NCBI RefSeq assembly: GCF_003086415.1
Contig: NZ_QEFP02000004.1
Span: forward strand, 60,001-92,000
DNA length: 32,000 nt
DNA from: Candidatus Nanobsidianus stetteri
Lineage (GTDB): Archaea; Nanobdellota; Nanobdellia; Nanobdellales; Nanobdellaceae
Reading direction: 5' to 3'
Position 1 is the stretch's first letter. Each line of letters starts with the position of its first letter. The position numbers and the translations under genes were made by a program. Under the pieces are notes generated by a model that was given only the letters and a program-made list of their open reading frames with translations, ran no database searches and had not been told where the DNA came from. Positions 8,470-17,108 of this stretch are shown here, in pieces.

Positions 8470-10089
8470 ATGGATAAAAGACCTGATTATAAAATAATTG
8501 AAAAAGAAATATTAAACTTATGGAATAAAAATAAGGAAATTTTTAAATTTGATATTAATAAAGATCAAAGATATATAATAGATACTCCGCCACCATTTAC
8601 TTCTGGAGAGGCACATATGGGTCATGCTCTAGAATTTATATGGATAGATTTTTTGGCTAGATATAAAAGATTGGAAGGATACAATGTATATTTTCCTTTG
8701 GGATTTGATTGTCATGGTTTACCAACAGAATTAAAAGTTATAAATAAATTAAAGATATCTAAAGAAAATAAAGAACAATTCATAAAAGCATGTATTGATT
8801 GGACAAATAAAATGATCGAATCTATGCATAAAACATTTGAAAGATTGGGATCATCATTTGATAGAGATAAAGTATATAAAACAATTGATAGAAAATATGA
8901 AGCATTTGTTCAATATACATTGATAAAAATGTTTAATGATGGTTTAATTGAAAGAAAAAGATATCCAATAATGTGGTGTCCAAAATGCCAAACAGCAATT
9001 TCAATGCAAGAAGCTGGATATTTAGAAAAGGAAGGATATTTAATATATATAAAATTGCCAACAAATAATGGAAAATATATATTAATAGCAACAACAAGAC
9101 CTGAATTGATTAATTCATGTTCGTTAATATTAATTGCAAAAAACAAATATGTAGAAACTGAAAATAGTTTAATTGTATCAAAAATATATGCAGAAAAAAA
9201 TAATTTAAAAATTATAAGGGAATATGATTATAAAGAATTAGAAAACTTAGAAGTTACAATTCCATTAATAAATAGAAAAGCAAAGATTATTTCTGATAAT
9301 GATGTAGATTATAATTTTGGAACAGGAATTGTTTGGATATGTACATATGGGGATCCTTATGATATAAAATGGAAAGAAAAGTATAATTTACCTGAAATAA
9401 TTTCTATATCGGAAGATGGGAGAATAATATCAAGTATAAATGAAATAAATGGATTAAAAGTTGAAGAAGCAAGAGAAAAAATGAAAGAAATATTAAAGGA
9501 TTATATATATAAAATAGAAAAGATAAATCATAATGTATTATCACATACTGAGAGATCTGATTGTTTATCACCATTAGAATTCATTCCGAAAGAACAATTC
9601 TTTATAAAAATAAAAGATTTAAAGGAAAAAATATTGGAATGGCAAAAAGATATAAAAATAATTCCTGAAAGTGAAGTAAAAAGATTAATTGATTGGATAA
9701 ATAATATAGATCAGGATTGGAATATTTCTAGGACAAAAATGTTATGGGGTCTTGCATTCCCATTTTATGAAAAAGATGGAAAAATATATCCAGTAAATAT
9801 AGAAGATTTACCAATTGATCCAAGAATAGATAAAGAAAAAGTAAAAAAATATGCTGGTAAATTCTTTGAAGATGAAACAGTCGATGTATGGATTGAATCT
9901 TCAATAACACCTTTAGCAATATTATATTATGCGTTGACAGAAAATAAAGAATTTAATCCAAAAGAATTACCAGAATTATTTGATAAAATAAAGGAATATC
10001 TACCTGTAGATTTAAGACAGCAAGGATATGAAATAATAAGAACATGGCTATTTGATACAATTGTAAGGGTAAATTTATTAAAAAAATAA
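8470..10089 (+). CDS. valS: valyl-tRNA synthetase, N-terminal 539-aa portion (reading frame broken at an A7 run)
   Basis: TPPPFTSGEAHMGHAL (HIGH = HMGH), WCPKCQTAIS, TTRPEL, GTGIVWICTYGDPYD, DWNISR. The frame ends ...VRVNLLKK* inside the catalytic core, before KMSKS. Confidence 0.85.
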   Translation: MDKRPDYKIIEKEILNLWNKNKEIFKFDINKDQRYIIDTPPPFTSGEAHMGHALEFIWIDFLARYKRLEGYNVYFPLGFDCHGLPTELKVINKLKISKENKEQFIKACIDWTNKMIESMHKTFERLGSSFDRDKVYKTIDRKYEAFVQYTLIKMFNDGLIERKRYPIMWCPKCQTAISMQEAGYLEKEGYLIYIKLPTNNGKYILIATTRPELINSCSLILIAKNKYVETENSLIVSKIYAEKNNLKIIREYDYKELENLEVTIPLINRKAKIISDNDVDYNFGTGIVWICTYGDPYDIKWKEKYNLPEIISISEDGRIISSINEINGLKVEEAREKMKEILKDYIYKIEKINHNVLSHTERSDCLSPLEFIPKEQFFIKIKDLKEKILEWQKDIKIIPESEVKRLIDWINNIDQDWNISRTKMLWGLAFPFYEKDGKIYPVNIEDLPIDPRIDKEKVKKYAGKFFEDETVDVWIESSITPLAILYYALTENKEFNPKELPELFDKIKEYLPVDLRQQGYEIIRTWLFDTIVRVNLLKK

Positions 10090-10705
10090 AAATCCATGGA
10101 AATATGCATTAATTCATGGAATGGTACTAGATGAAAAGGGAAGAAAGATGTCTAAATCTTTGGGAAATGCTATAGATCCAAATGAAATAATGGATAAATA
10201 TTCTCCAGATGCTTTAAGATATTGGGCTCTATTAGCTGCACCAGGTAATGATTATAGATTTAATATAAAAGATATTGAATCTGGACAGGCTTTTATAATA
10301 AAATTATGGAACATTGGTAGATATATTGAAATGAATATAAAAGAAAAGCCGGAAAAGGTTCTAGAATTAAAAGATGAAGATAGAGAAATAATAAAAATAT
10401 TAGAAAAAAATATTAAAGAATCTAAAGAATATGTTGATAAATTTAGATATTCTGAATATGTAAAATTATGGAGAAAATTTGCATGGGAAGATTTTGCAAA
10501 TAATTATTTAGAAAAAATAAAGGAAAGAATAAAAAATGATGATAAAACTGCAAAATATCTATTATATACAATATATAAGATAATATTAATTATGTTACAT
10601 CCAATATTACCATATATAACAGAATATATATATCAACAATTATATAAGGAAAATAAATTAATAATCGAAAATAAAATTGATGAAATAATGAAACTTATTT
10701 TATAA
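10082..10705 (+). CDS. valS: valyl-tRNA synthetase, C-terminal portion (the +1 frame is open from 10082)
   Basis: The +1 frame reads KNKNPWKYALIHGMVLDEKGRKMSKSLGNAIDP (KMSKS loop). DALRYWAL and IIKLWNIGRY, the ValRS-type anticodon-binding region, follow. Homology starts upstream of the first ATG (10121). Confidence 0.85.
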   Translation, partial: KNKNPWKYALIHGMVLDEKGRKMSKSLGNAIDPNEIMDKYSPDALRYWALLAAPGNDYRFNIKDIESGQAFIIKLWNIGRYIEMNIKEKPEKVLELKDEDREIIKILEKNIKESKEYVDKFRYSEYVKLWRKFAWEDFANNYLEKIKERIKNDDKTAKYLLYTIYKIILIMLHPILPYITEYIYQQLYKENKLIIENKIDEIMKLIL

Positions 10706-10762
10706 AGGATAGAATTAAAGATAATATTATGAGGAGATGTTGAATTATGGTTAAAGCAATCT

Positions 10763-11089
10763 TTGGAAGATTTAGATACAGCAAAAGTATTATTAAATAA
10801 TAATAAATATTATGCTTCTGCATTTTATTCACATCAAGCAGCAGAAAAATGTTTGGAAGCCTTATTATTATATTTTGGAAAGTATGTAAAAACCTATGAC
10901 TTAAGTAAAATGCTTGATATAATTAAAGAAGAAGTAAATTTAAATGTTGAAGAAATAAGAGAAGAAGCATTAAAATTAAATCCAAATTATACTATTTCTA
11001 GATATCTAGACACAGCAAACAGTTTACCATATTTATTATATGATAAAAATGATGCTAGAGAGTATTTAAATATGGCTGAAAAATGTTAA
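10763..11089 (+). CDS. HEPN domain protein (partner of a minimal nucleotidyltransferase), probably 5'-damaged
   Basis: LEDLDTAKVLLNNNKYYASAFYSHQAAEKCLEALL and TISRYLD are typical of the Pfam HEPN family. HEPN-like sequence (ELWLKQS) continues in frame upstream to 10733 without a start codon. The nearby ATG at 10737 is 1 nt out of frame. Confidence 0.7.
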   Translation: MEDLDTAKVLLNNNKYYASAFYSHQAAEKCLEALLLYFGKYVKTYDLSKMLDIIKEEVNLNVEEIREEALKLNPNYTISRYLDTANSLPYLLYDKNDAREYLNMAEKC

Positions 11090-11110
11090 TTGAGTTAAGA
11101 AATTTATTAA

Positions 11111-11466
11111 ATGAAGGCAAAATCTGCTATTGAAAGTCAGAAAGATCTATTAAAAAAGGCTATAGAAGTAGTAAATAATATAAAAAAGAAATTAATATAA
11201 TTGATGTTTATGTTGTAGGTTCTAGAGCTAGAGGAGATTATTTAGATACAAGTGATTTAGATTTAGTGATAATATCTGATGACTTTAAAAATTTAAGATA
11301 TATAGAAAGGTTAGAAAAACTATATAAATATTCTAAAGGGGATATTGAATTTTTTGCATTTACAAAAGAAGAATGAGATAATCCAAAAAGTTTATTTATA
11401 ATTAATATGAAAAAAGAAGCAAAAAGATTAGAAGATTTAGCAAAATCTTATGAAATAAATTTTTAA
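11111..11466 (+). pseudogene. minimal nucleotidyltransferase (MNT) pseudogene: poly-A frameshift plus in-frame TGA
   Basis: Frame a (11111-11200) reads MKAKSAIESQKDLLKKAIEVVNNIKKKLI*. From 11179 the -1 frame reads YKKEINIIDVYVVGSRARGDYLDTSDLDLVIISDDF...FTKEE, carrying the GSxxRG...DxD motif. TGA at 11374-11376 follows, then DNPKSLFIINMKKEAKRLEDLAKSYEINF*. Confidence 0.75.
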
Positions 11467-11718
11467 ATTATTAAAAATAAACTAAAGGGATATATTTTTT
11501 TACTATTATTTATAATTCTTTCTCCACAATAATTTTTTGTAACAATTATAGAAAATTTACTATAATATCCTCCAAACTTTATATATTCATTTAAATACCA
11601 GAATTTTATTATCCTCTCAAAAATTATGTAAATAATAGGATCTTCATAATATCGTAACTACTATTTTATAATAGATGATAACAATATATTTAAAAATTTT
11701 TCTAATAGTTGATATATT

Positions 11719-12387
11719 ATGGAAGATAAATATGATCCTAAAGAAATTATAAAAAATAGCTACAAGTATCTTAATCAAACAATAGAAGAGGCTTGGAATG
11801 TATTAAGCAAAAATGCTCCAGCAACGCTAAGATCATTAGATTCTTTAATTAAATTTATGAAGAAAAAGACTGTATCCTATAACAATGCTTTATTTAATTA
11901 TGTAGAAGCAAAAAGCTGGATAGATGAAAAACATAATAAGAATGAATATTATGCAGATCGAATTCTATGGTATATTCTTGATAACTACTTCATGGCTGGT
12001 ATGGTAAAAGGTATTAGCGAATATGCAAAAAAATTGGATCCCAAAGAATCAGATTATTACAAAAAAGTCAATCATATAACAGGTTTTATAAATTATTTAA
12101 TAGATCTAGGAGAGTTTTCTACAATTTATGCAGCCTTTACAGAAAAGACTACTGAGGAATTAAAAAGTAAAGGAAAGAAGTCTCTTAAAGATTACAATAA
12201 TGCACTCCAAAAAATGTCTGACTACCTCGCAAATATAGTAGAAAATCTATTAGAAGATCCAATAAAAAATAGAAAACAATTCTATAAAAGTCTGGAAACT
12301 AGAAGTAATTATATAAGTAAATTGATCGAACTTTTATATGAAGCATCCAAAAAAATCAAAAATATATTTTATCATAGATATAATTAA
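11719..12387 (+). CDS. hypothetical protein, predicted all-alpha
   Basis: 222-aa ORF with no motif recognised. About 250 bp of non-coding AT-rich sequence lies on each side. Confidence 0.5.
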   Translation: MEDKYDPKEIIKNSYKYLNQTIEEAWNVLSKNAPATLRSLDSLIKFMKKKTVSYNNALFNYVEAKSWIDEKHNKNEYYADRILWYILDNYFMAGMVKGISEYAKKLDPKESDYYKKVNHITGFINYLIDLGEFSTIYAAFTEKTTEELKSKGKKSLKDYNNALQKMSDYLANIVENLLEDPIKNRKQFYKSLETRSNYISKLIELLYEASKKIKNIFYHRYN

Positions 12388-12643
12388 AGTATAAGTTTGA
12401 TATATTGTAATTTTTTATTAAATATAACAAAATAAGAATTATTTTTTATTTAATAGATAAGTAAAGAATTATTATTATAATATTTTTTAACTATAAAAAT
12501 AGTTATTTTTAATAATTTTTTCTTTCCGGACTATCTTAATCCTTAATTGATATAATTTCTCTTATAAATATAATGTAAGCTATCATACTTTTTCTGAAAA
12601 CCTTTTAATTTTGGCATGGTCAAAATTAAAACATATTTAAAAA

Positions 12644-13309
<666 letters not shown>

Positions 13310-13349
13310 TTAATAATTTATAAAATTCGTAAATTTATAAGAATTTATA

Positions 13350-15908
13350 ATGTGGCATTCTTTATCCATTGAAGAGGTATTAAAAAGGCTAAATACATCA
13401 AATAAGGGTTTAGATGATTATGAAGCTGAAAGAAGGTTAAAAATATATGGAGAAAATAAAATAAGATTAGAAAAAAAGAATTTTATAGAAATTATAATAG
13501 AATATTTAAAAAATCCCTTCTTATTATTATTTATTGTTGCAGATATATTATCAATTATTTTTGGTGGTATTAGTGAAGGTTCTGCAATAACATTATTTCT
13601 AATATTGTATATAATATCGGATTACTTACATGATAAAAAATCTGAAAAAATAATAAAATCTTTAGAAGAAAATATAGAAAGTAATGTTTTAGTTATTAGA
13701 AATGGAAAATATGAATATGTAAAATCATCAAAAATTGTTCCTGGAGATATTATTGTATTAAAATATGGACAGAGAGCTCCTGCAGATATAAGGATAATAG
13801 AATCAATTGATCTAGAAGTTGATGAAAGTTCCCTAACTGGTGAATCCGAACCTGTAAAAAAATATAATACAATATTACCAAAGGACATTCCAGTAAAAGA
13901 AAGAAAAAATATGATATATCAGAATAGTTATATAATAAAGGGAATTGCAATTGGTGTTGTAGTTGAAACTGGAAATAATACATATTATGGAAGTATATAT
14001 AAAAATATAAGTAAACAAAGAAGGAGTAAATCTCTATTACAAGAAGAATTAGATAAATTTTCATATTATATGATAATAATTATATCAATAATTGTAATTA
14101 TATCTTTTGTAATATTATTAATAAAAAATATACTAAATTTATATCAACTAATAATATTTGTAATAGCTTTGGCTATTGTTGTAATACCTGAGGGATTACC
14201 TGCAGCATTAGTATTAATATATACAATAAGCAGTCAAAAATTAGAAAAAGATAATATATATATAAAAGATCCAAATATATTGGAAGATATTAGCAATATA
14301 GATACCGCTGTTTTAGATAAAACAGGTACAATTACATATAATGAATTAATTATAGATAAATTTTTCTATAATGGTAAATTTTATGATGTAAAATATTATA
14401 AAGATAAGGCAGAGATAATATATAATAAAAAAATAATAAATATAGATGAAGTAAAAGAATTCTTAATATTTTTGTATAATTCAATAGAGGATTATTTAAC
14501 AATAGATATAGAAAAAAATATTGGAGATCCTATAAATTTATCAATATACAGATTGGCAAAATATTTTAAGATTTCTAAATTTTTAGAAAGATATTCTGTA
14601 AATTATTTTGATCCATATAGAAAAAGATCTTCTGTAATAGTAAAATATAATGATAAGAAATATTCAATAATAAAAGGCTCTCCATCTTCCATTTTATCTA
14701 TTTCAAAATATATAATAATAAACAATAAAATATTTAGAATAGATAAATATAGAGAAAAAATTGAAAAAATTGAAAAAGAATACGGAAAAAGGGGTTATAA
14801 AATATTGGCAATTGGTATTAAAGAAATAAAAGAAAATGAAGATCCAGAAAAGGATATAACATTCTTAGGATTATTATTTATAAAGGATAAAATAAGGGAT
14901 GGAGTTTTAAAATATATAAAAGAATTGGAAGATCTTGGTATAAATATATATATAGTAACTGGGGATAATAAAGATCATACACTAGGAATATTGAAATTAT
15001 TAAAATTAAATTATAAAATAATAGATGCAAATGAGATAAAAAAATTAAATGAAAATTATTTATACAAAATATTAAAGGATTATCATGTTATAGTAAATGC
15101 GGATCCTTTAGACAAATATAGAATTGTAAAAACACTAAAGGATAAGGGACATAGAGTATTATTTGTTGGTGATGGTACAAATGATGCTATAGCATTGAAG
15201 ATATCCAATGTAGGTGTTTCATTTTATAATGCAACAGACATAGCAAAAGACTCTGCAAATGTTATATTAATGGATAAGGGAATAGATAATATAACAAAAC
15301 TAATTATGGAAGGAAAAAGGATTATATATAATTTAAAAGTATATATTTTAGTAATGTTATCTGAATTATTGGGGATATTTTTATTTATTTCAATTGGATT
15401 TTTTATATATAATCAAATATTTTTACAAGCTTTACAATTATTATTATTAAATTTAGTAATTGAAACAATTAATTCATTATACATGGGTTCCTCAGATGTC
15501 AAAGATAAAAAAATATTAAAGAAAATGAAGGTTAAAATATTTGATAGATCTACAAAATTAGAAATAATAAGAAATATGATATTTATTGGACTTACTTCCT
15601 TAATTGTTGCTCTAGCTACAAATGATAATAGCTATATAATAATATTATTCTTGATAGCAACACAAGGAATATTATATATACATTATGAAAAAATATTCTC
15701 ATTAAATATAACAAAAACAAAAGAATATTATTTATCAATATTTTTATCCACATTTATAACATCTATATTTTTAATTGGATATTTAAGAGAAATTATTCAA
15801 TTTATAATACCATCTTTAATTGATATAGCAATATTTACAATAGTTTCCTTATATTTCTTCTTTATATATTGGGTAATAGAAAGAGTAGAAAATGTCAGAG
15901 GTATCTGA
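13350..15908 (+). CDS. P-type cation-transporting ATPase (P2-like; substrate not assignable)
   Basis: 852 aa. N-terminal cation-ATPase domain, TGESEPV, M4 motif IPEGLPA, phosphorylation site DKTGTIT, TGDN and hinge GDGTNDA. Multiple C-terminal TM helices. Confidence 0.9.
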   Translation: MWHSLSIEEVLKRLNTSNKGLDDYEAERRLKIYGENKIRLEKKNFIEIIIEYLKNPFLLLFIVADILSIIFGGISEGSAITLFLILYIISDYLHDKKSEKIIKSLEENIESNVLVIRNGKYEYVKSSKIVPGDIIVLKYGQRAPADIRIIESIDLEVDESSLTGESEPVKKYNTILPKDIPVKERKNMIYQNSYIIKGIAIGVVVETGNNTYYGSIYKNISKQRRSKSLLQEELDKFSYYMIIIISIIVIISFVILLIKNILNLYQLIIFVIALAIVVIPEGLPAALVLIYTISSQKLEKDNIYIKDPNILEDISNIDTAVLDKTGTITYNELIIDKFFYNGKFYDVKYYKDKAEIIYNKKIINIDEVKEFLIFLYNSIEDYLTIDIEKNIGDPINLSIYRLAKYFKISKFLERYSVNYFDPYRKRSSVIVKYNDKKYSIIKGSPSSILSISKYIIINNKIFRIDKYREKIEKIEKEYGKRGYKILAIGIKEIKENEDPEKDITFLGLLFIKDKIRDGVLKYIKELEDLGINIYIVTGDNKDHTLGILKLLKLNYKIIDANEIKKLNENYLYKILKDYHVIVNADPLDKYRIVKTLKDKGHRVLFVGDGTNDAIALKISNVGVSFYNATDIAKDSANVILMDKGIDNITKLIMEGKRIIYNLKVYILVMLSELLGIFLFISIGFFIYNQIFLQALQLLLLNLVIETINSLYMGSSDVKDKKILKKMKVKIFDRSTKLEIIRNMIFIGLTSLIVALATNDNSYIIILFLIATQGILYIHYEKIFSLNITKTKEYYLSIFLSTFITSIFLIGYLREIIQFIIPSLIDIAIFTIVSLYFFFIYWVIERVENVRGI

Positions 15909-15950
15909 ATTTCATCATGTATCAGCTAACTCTGACCTTCATCACTATTT
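15890..15950 (-). ncRNA. candidate C/D box sRNA, antisense to the last codons of the ATPase gene
   Basis: Read on the minus strand: AAAUA-GUGAUGA (C, 15945-15939), 13 nt, CUGA (D', 15925-15922), UAC, AUGAUGA (C', 15918-15912), 13 nt, CUGA (D, 15898-15895), CAUUU. All four boxes are perfect, the spacing is a symmetric 13/3/13, and a 4-bp terminal stem forms (AAAU/AUUU). Confidence 0.55.
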
Positions 15951-15980
15951 TTAATAATATTAATATAAAATATAATTTTT

Positions 15981-17108
15981 ATGGATCTCCCTAAAATATC
16001 AATTATATTTCCTATTTATAAAAAAAGTAAACATTTGGAAAATAATATTAAAAAAATATTAGAAGATCCTTATCCAAATGATCTAAAAGAAATAATAATA
16101 TCAATAGACTCGCCGGAAAATGATTTTTTAAATAAATTAATGGAATTAAAAAGTAAGTATAAAAATATAACATTGGTTATATCAAAAGAGAGACGGGGAA
16201 AGGTTTCTGCAACTAATGATGCAGTAAAAATATCTTCTGGAGAAATTTTATTTTTCTTTGATTCAGATGTTTTCATTGATTATATCGATATAAAAAGTAT
16301 TGTTAATGAATTAAAAGAATATGATATAATAGAATTTTATAAGGAAATAATTAAAAAAGGTTGGCTTGGATATCTTATGTTCATAGAATTTTCTTTATAT
16401 TTTGATATTATTGATCCGATATTAAATAGGACAAAAAAACCATTATTCTTAAATGGTAGTGGATTTGCAACTAAAAAAAATGTATGGAATGATGTTGAAG
16501 GATACTCTAAAGTATATGTAGAAGACGTTGATTTTGCCATGAAAGCTGGAAAAAAGGGATATAAATATCATATGTCAAAAAATATAAGATTACTAATTGA
16601 ACCATTAAAAAATTTAAGGCAATGGATTGATCAAAGGAAAAGATGGAGTTTTGGGTTGATAGAAGTAATATTAAATCATCTAGATTATATGGTAGATTTT
16701 TTTATTCACAATATGTTAACCTCTATATTTATAATTCTAATTTTATATTTACCATATTTAATATGGACTTATATATACATTTACCTACCAGCCTCTTTCT
16801 TATATCAGGTTGCTATAGGTATGTACGAAAACTTATCTAAAAATATTAGTTTTATATACTTAATAATATTAAATCCTACATCCATTTTCCAAACATTTTA
16901 CATTCTATATCTAACATTACTATATATAATGATAACATCTTCTTACATATATTTATTAATTTCAGTAAAAAGAAGAAAGTTGTATAATTTTCTTTCATTT
17001 ATATTATTTTCAGTATTATATATACCATTATATGAGATTATCTTAATATATGATATAATATATTATGGAATATTTGAAAGGGCTCCAAAGATGAATTGGA
17101 AGGTTTGA
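15981..17108 (+). CDS. family 2 glycosyltransferase, processive-synthase type, with C-terminal membrane domain
   Basis: 375 aa. Ordered motifs: ISIIFPIY, ISIDSP (D), FFFDSDV (DxD), YVEDVDF (ED) and QRKRWSFG (QxxRW). Roughly 4-5 hydrophobic helices follow. Confidence 0.85.
   Translation: MDLPKISIIFPIYKKSKHLENNIKKILEDPYPNDLKEIIISIDSPENDFLNKLMELKSKYKNITLVISKERRGKVSATNDAVKISSGEILFFFDSDVFIDYIDIKSIVNELKEYDIIEFYKEIIKKGWLGYLMFIEFSLYFDIIDPILNRTKKPLFLNGSGFATKKNVWNDVEGYSKVYVEDVDFAMKAGKKGYKYHMSKNIRLLIEPLKNLRQWIDQRKRWSFGLIEVILNHLDYMVDFFIHNMLTSIFIILILYLPYLIWTYIYIYLPASFLYQVAIGMYENLSKNISFIYLIILNPTSIFQTFYILYLTLLYIMITSSYIYLLISVKRRKLYNFLSFILFSVLYIPLYEIILIYDIIYYGIFERAPKMNWKV

Noticed and set aside
8470-10705. 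valS as a Nanoarchaeum-style split gene encoding two separately translated halves.
   Set aside because: The two frames overlap at a single A7 run. Conserved ValRS residues (PWKYALIHG) lie upstream of the first ATG of the second part, and no promoter or start is available for an independent C-terminal half. A 1-nt indel explains everything.
11374-11376. In-frame TGA at a position where Trp is expected, which could indicate TGA-to-Trp recoding.
   Set aside because: TGA clearly terminates other well-supported genes here (stops at 3104-3106, 4276-4278, 15906-15908 and 17106-17108). Trp is encoded by TGG throughout. The same gene also carries a frameshift, so a TGG-to-TGA nonsense mutation in a pseudogene is the simpler reading.
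11480-11685. Minus-strand open frame of about 68 codons in the gap after the MNT pseudogene.
   Set aside because: It has no ATG, GTG or TTG start in frame and no recognisable motif. I mention it only as a possible gene remnant and do not call it as a feature.
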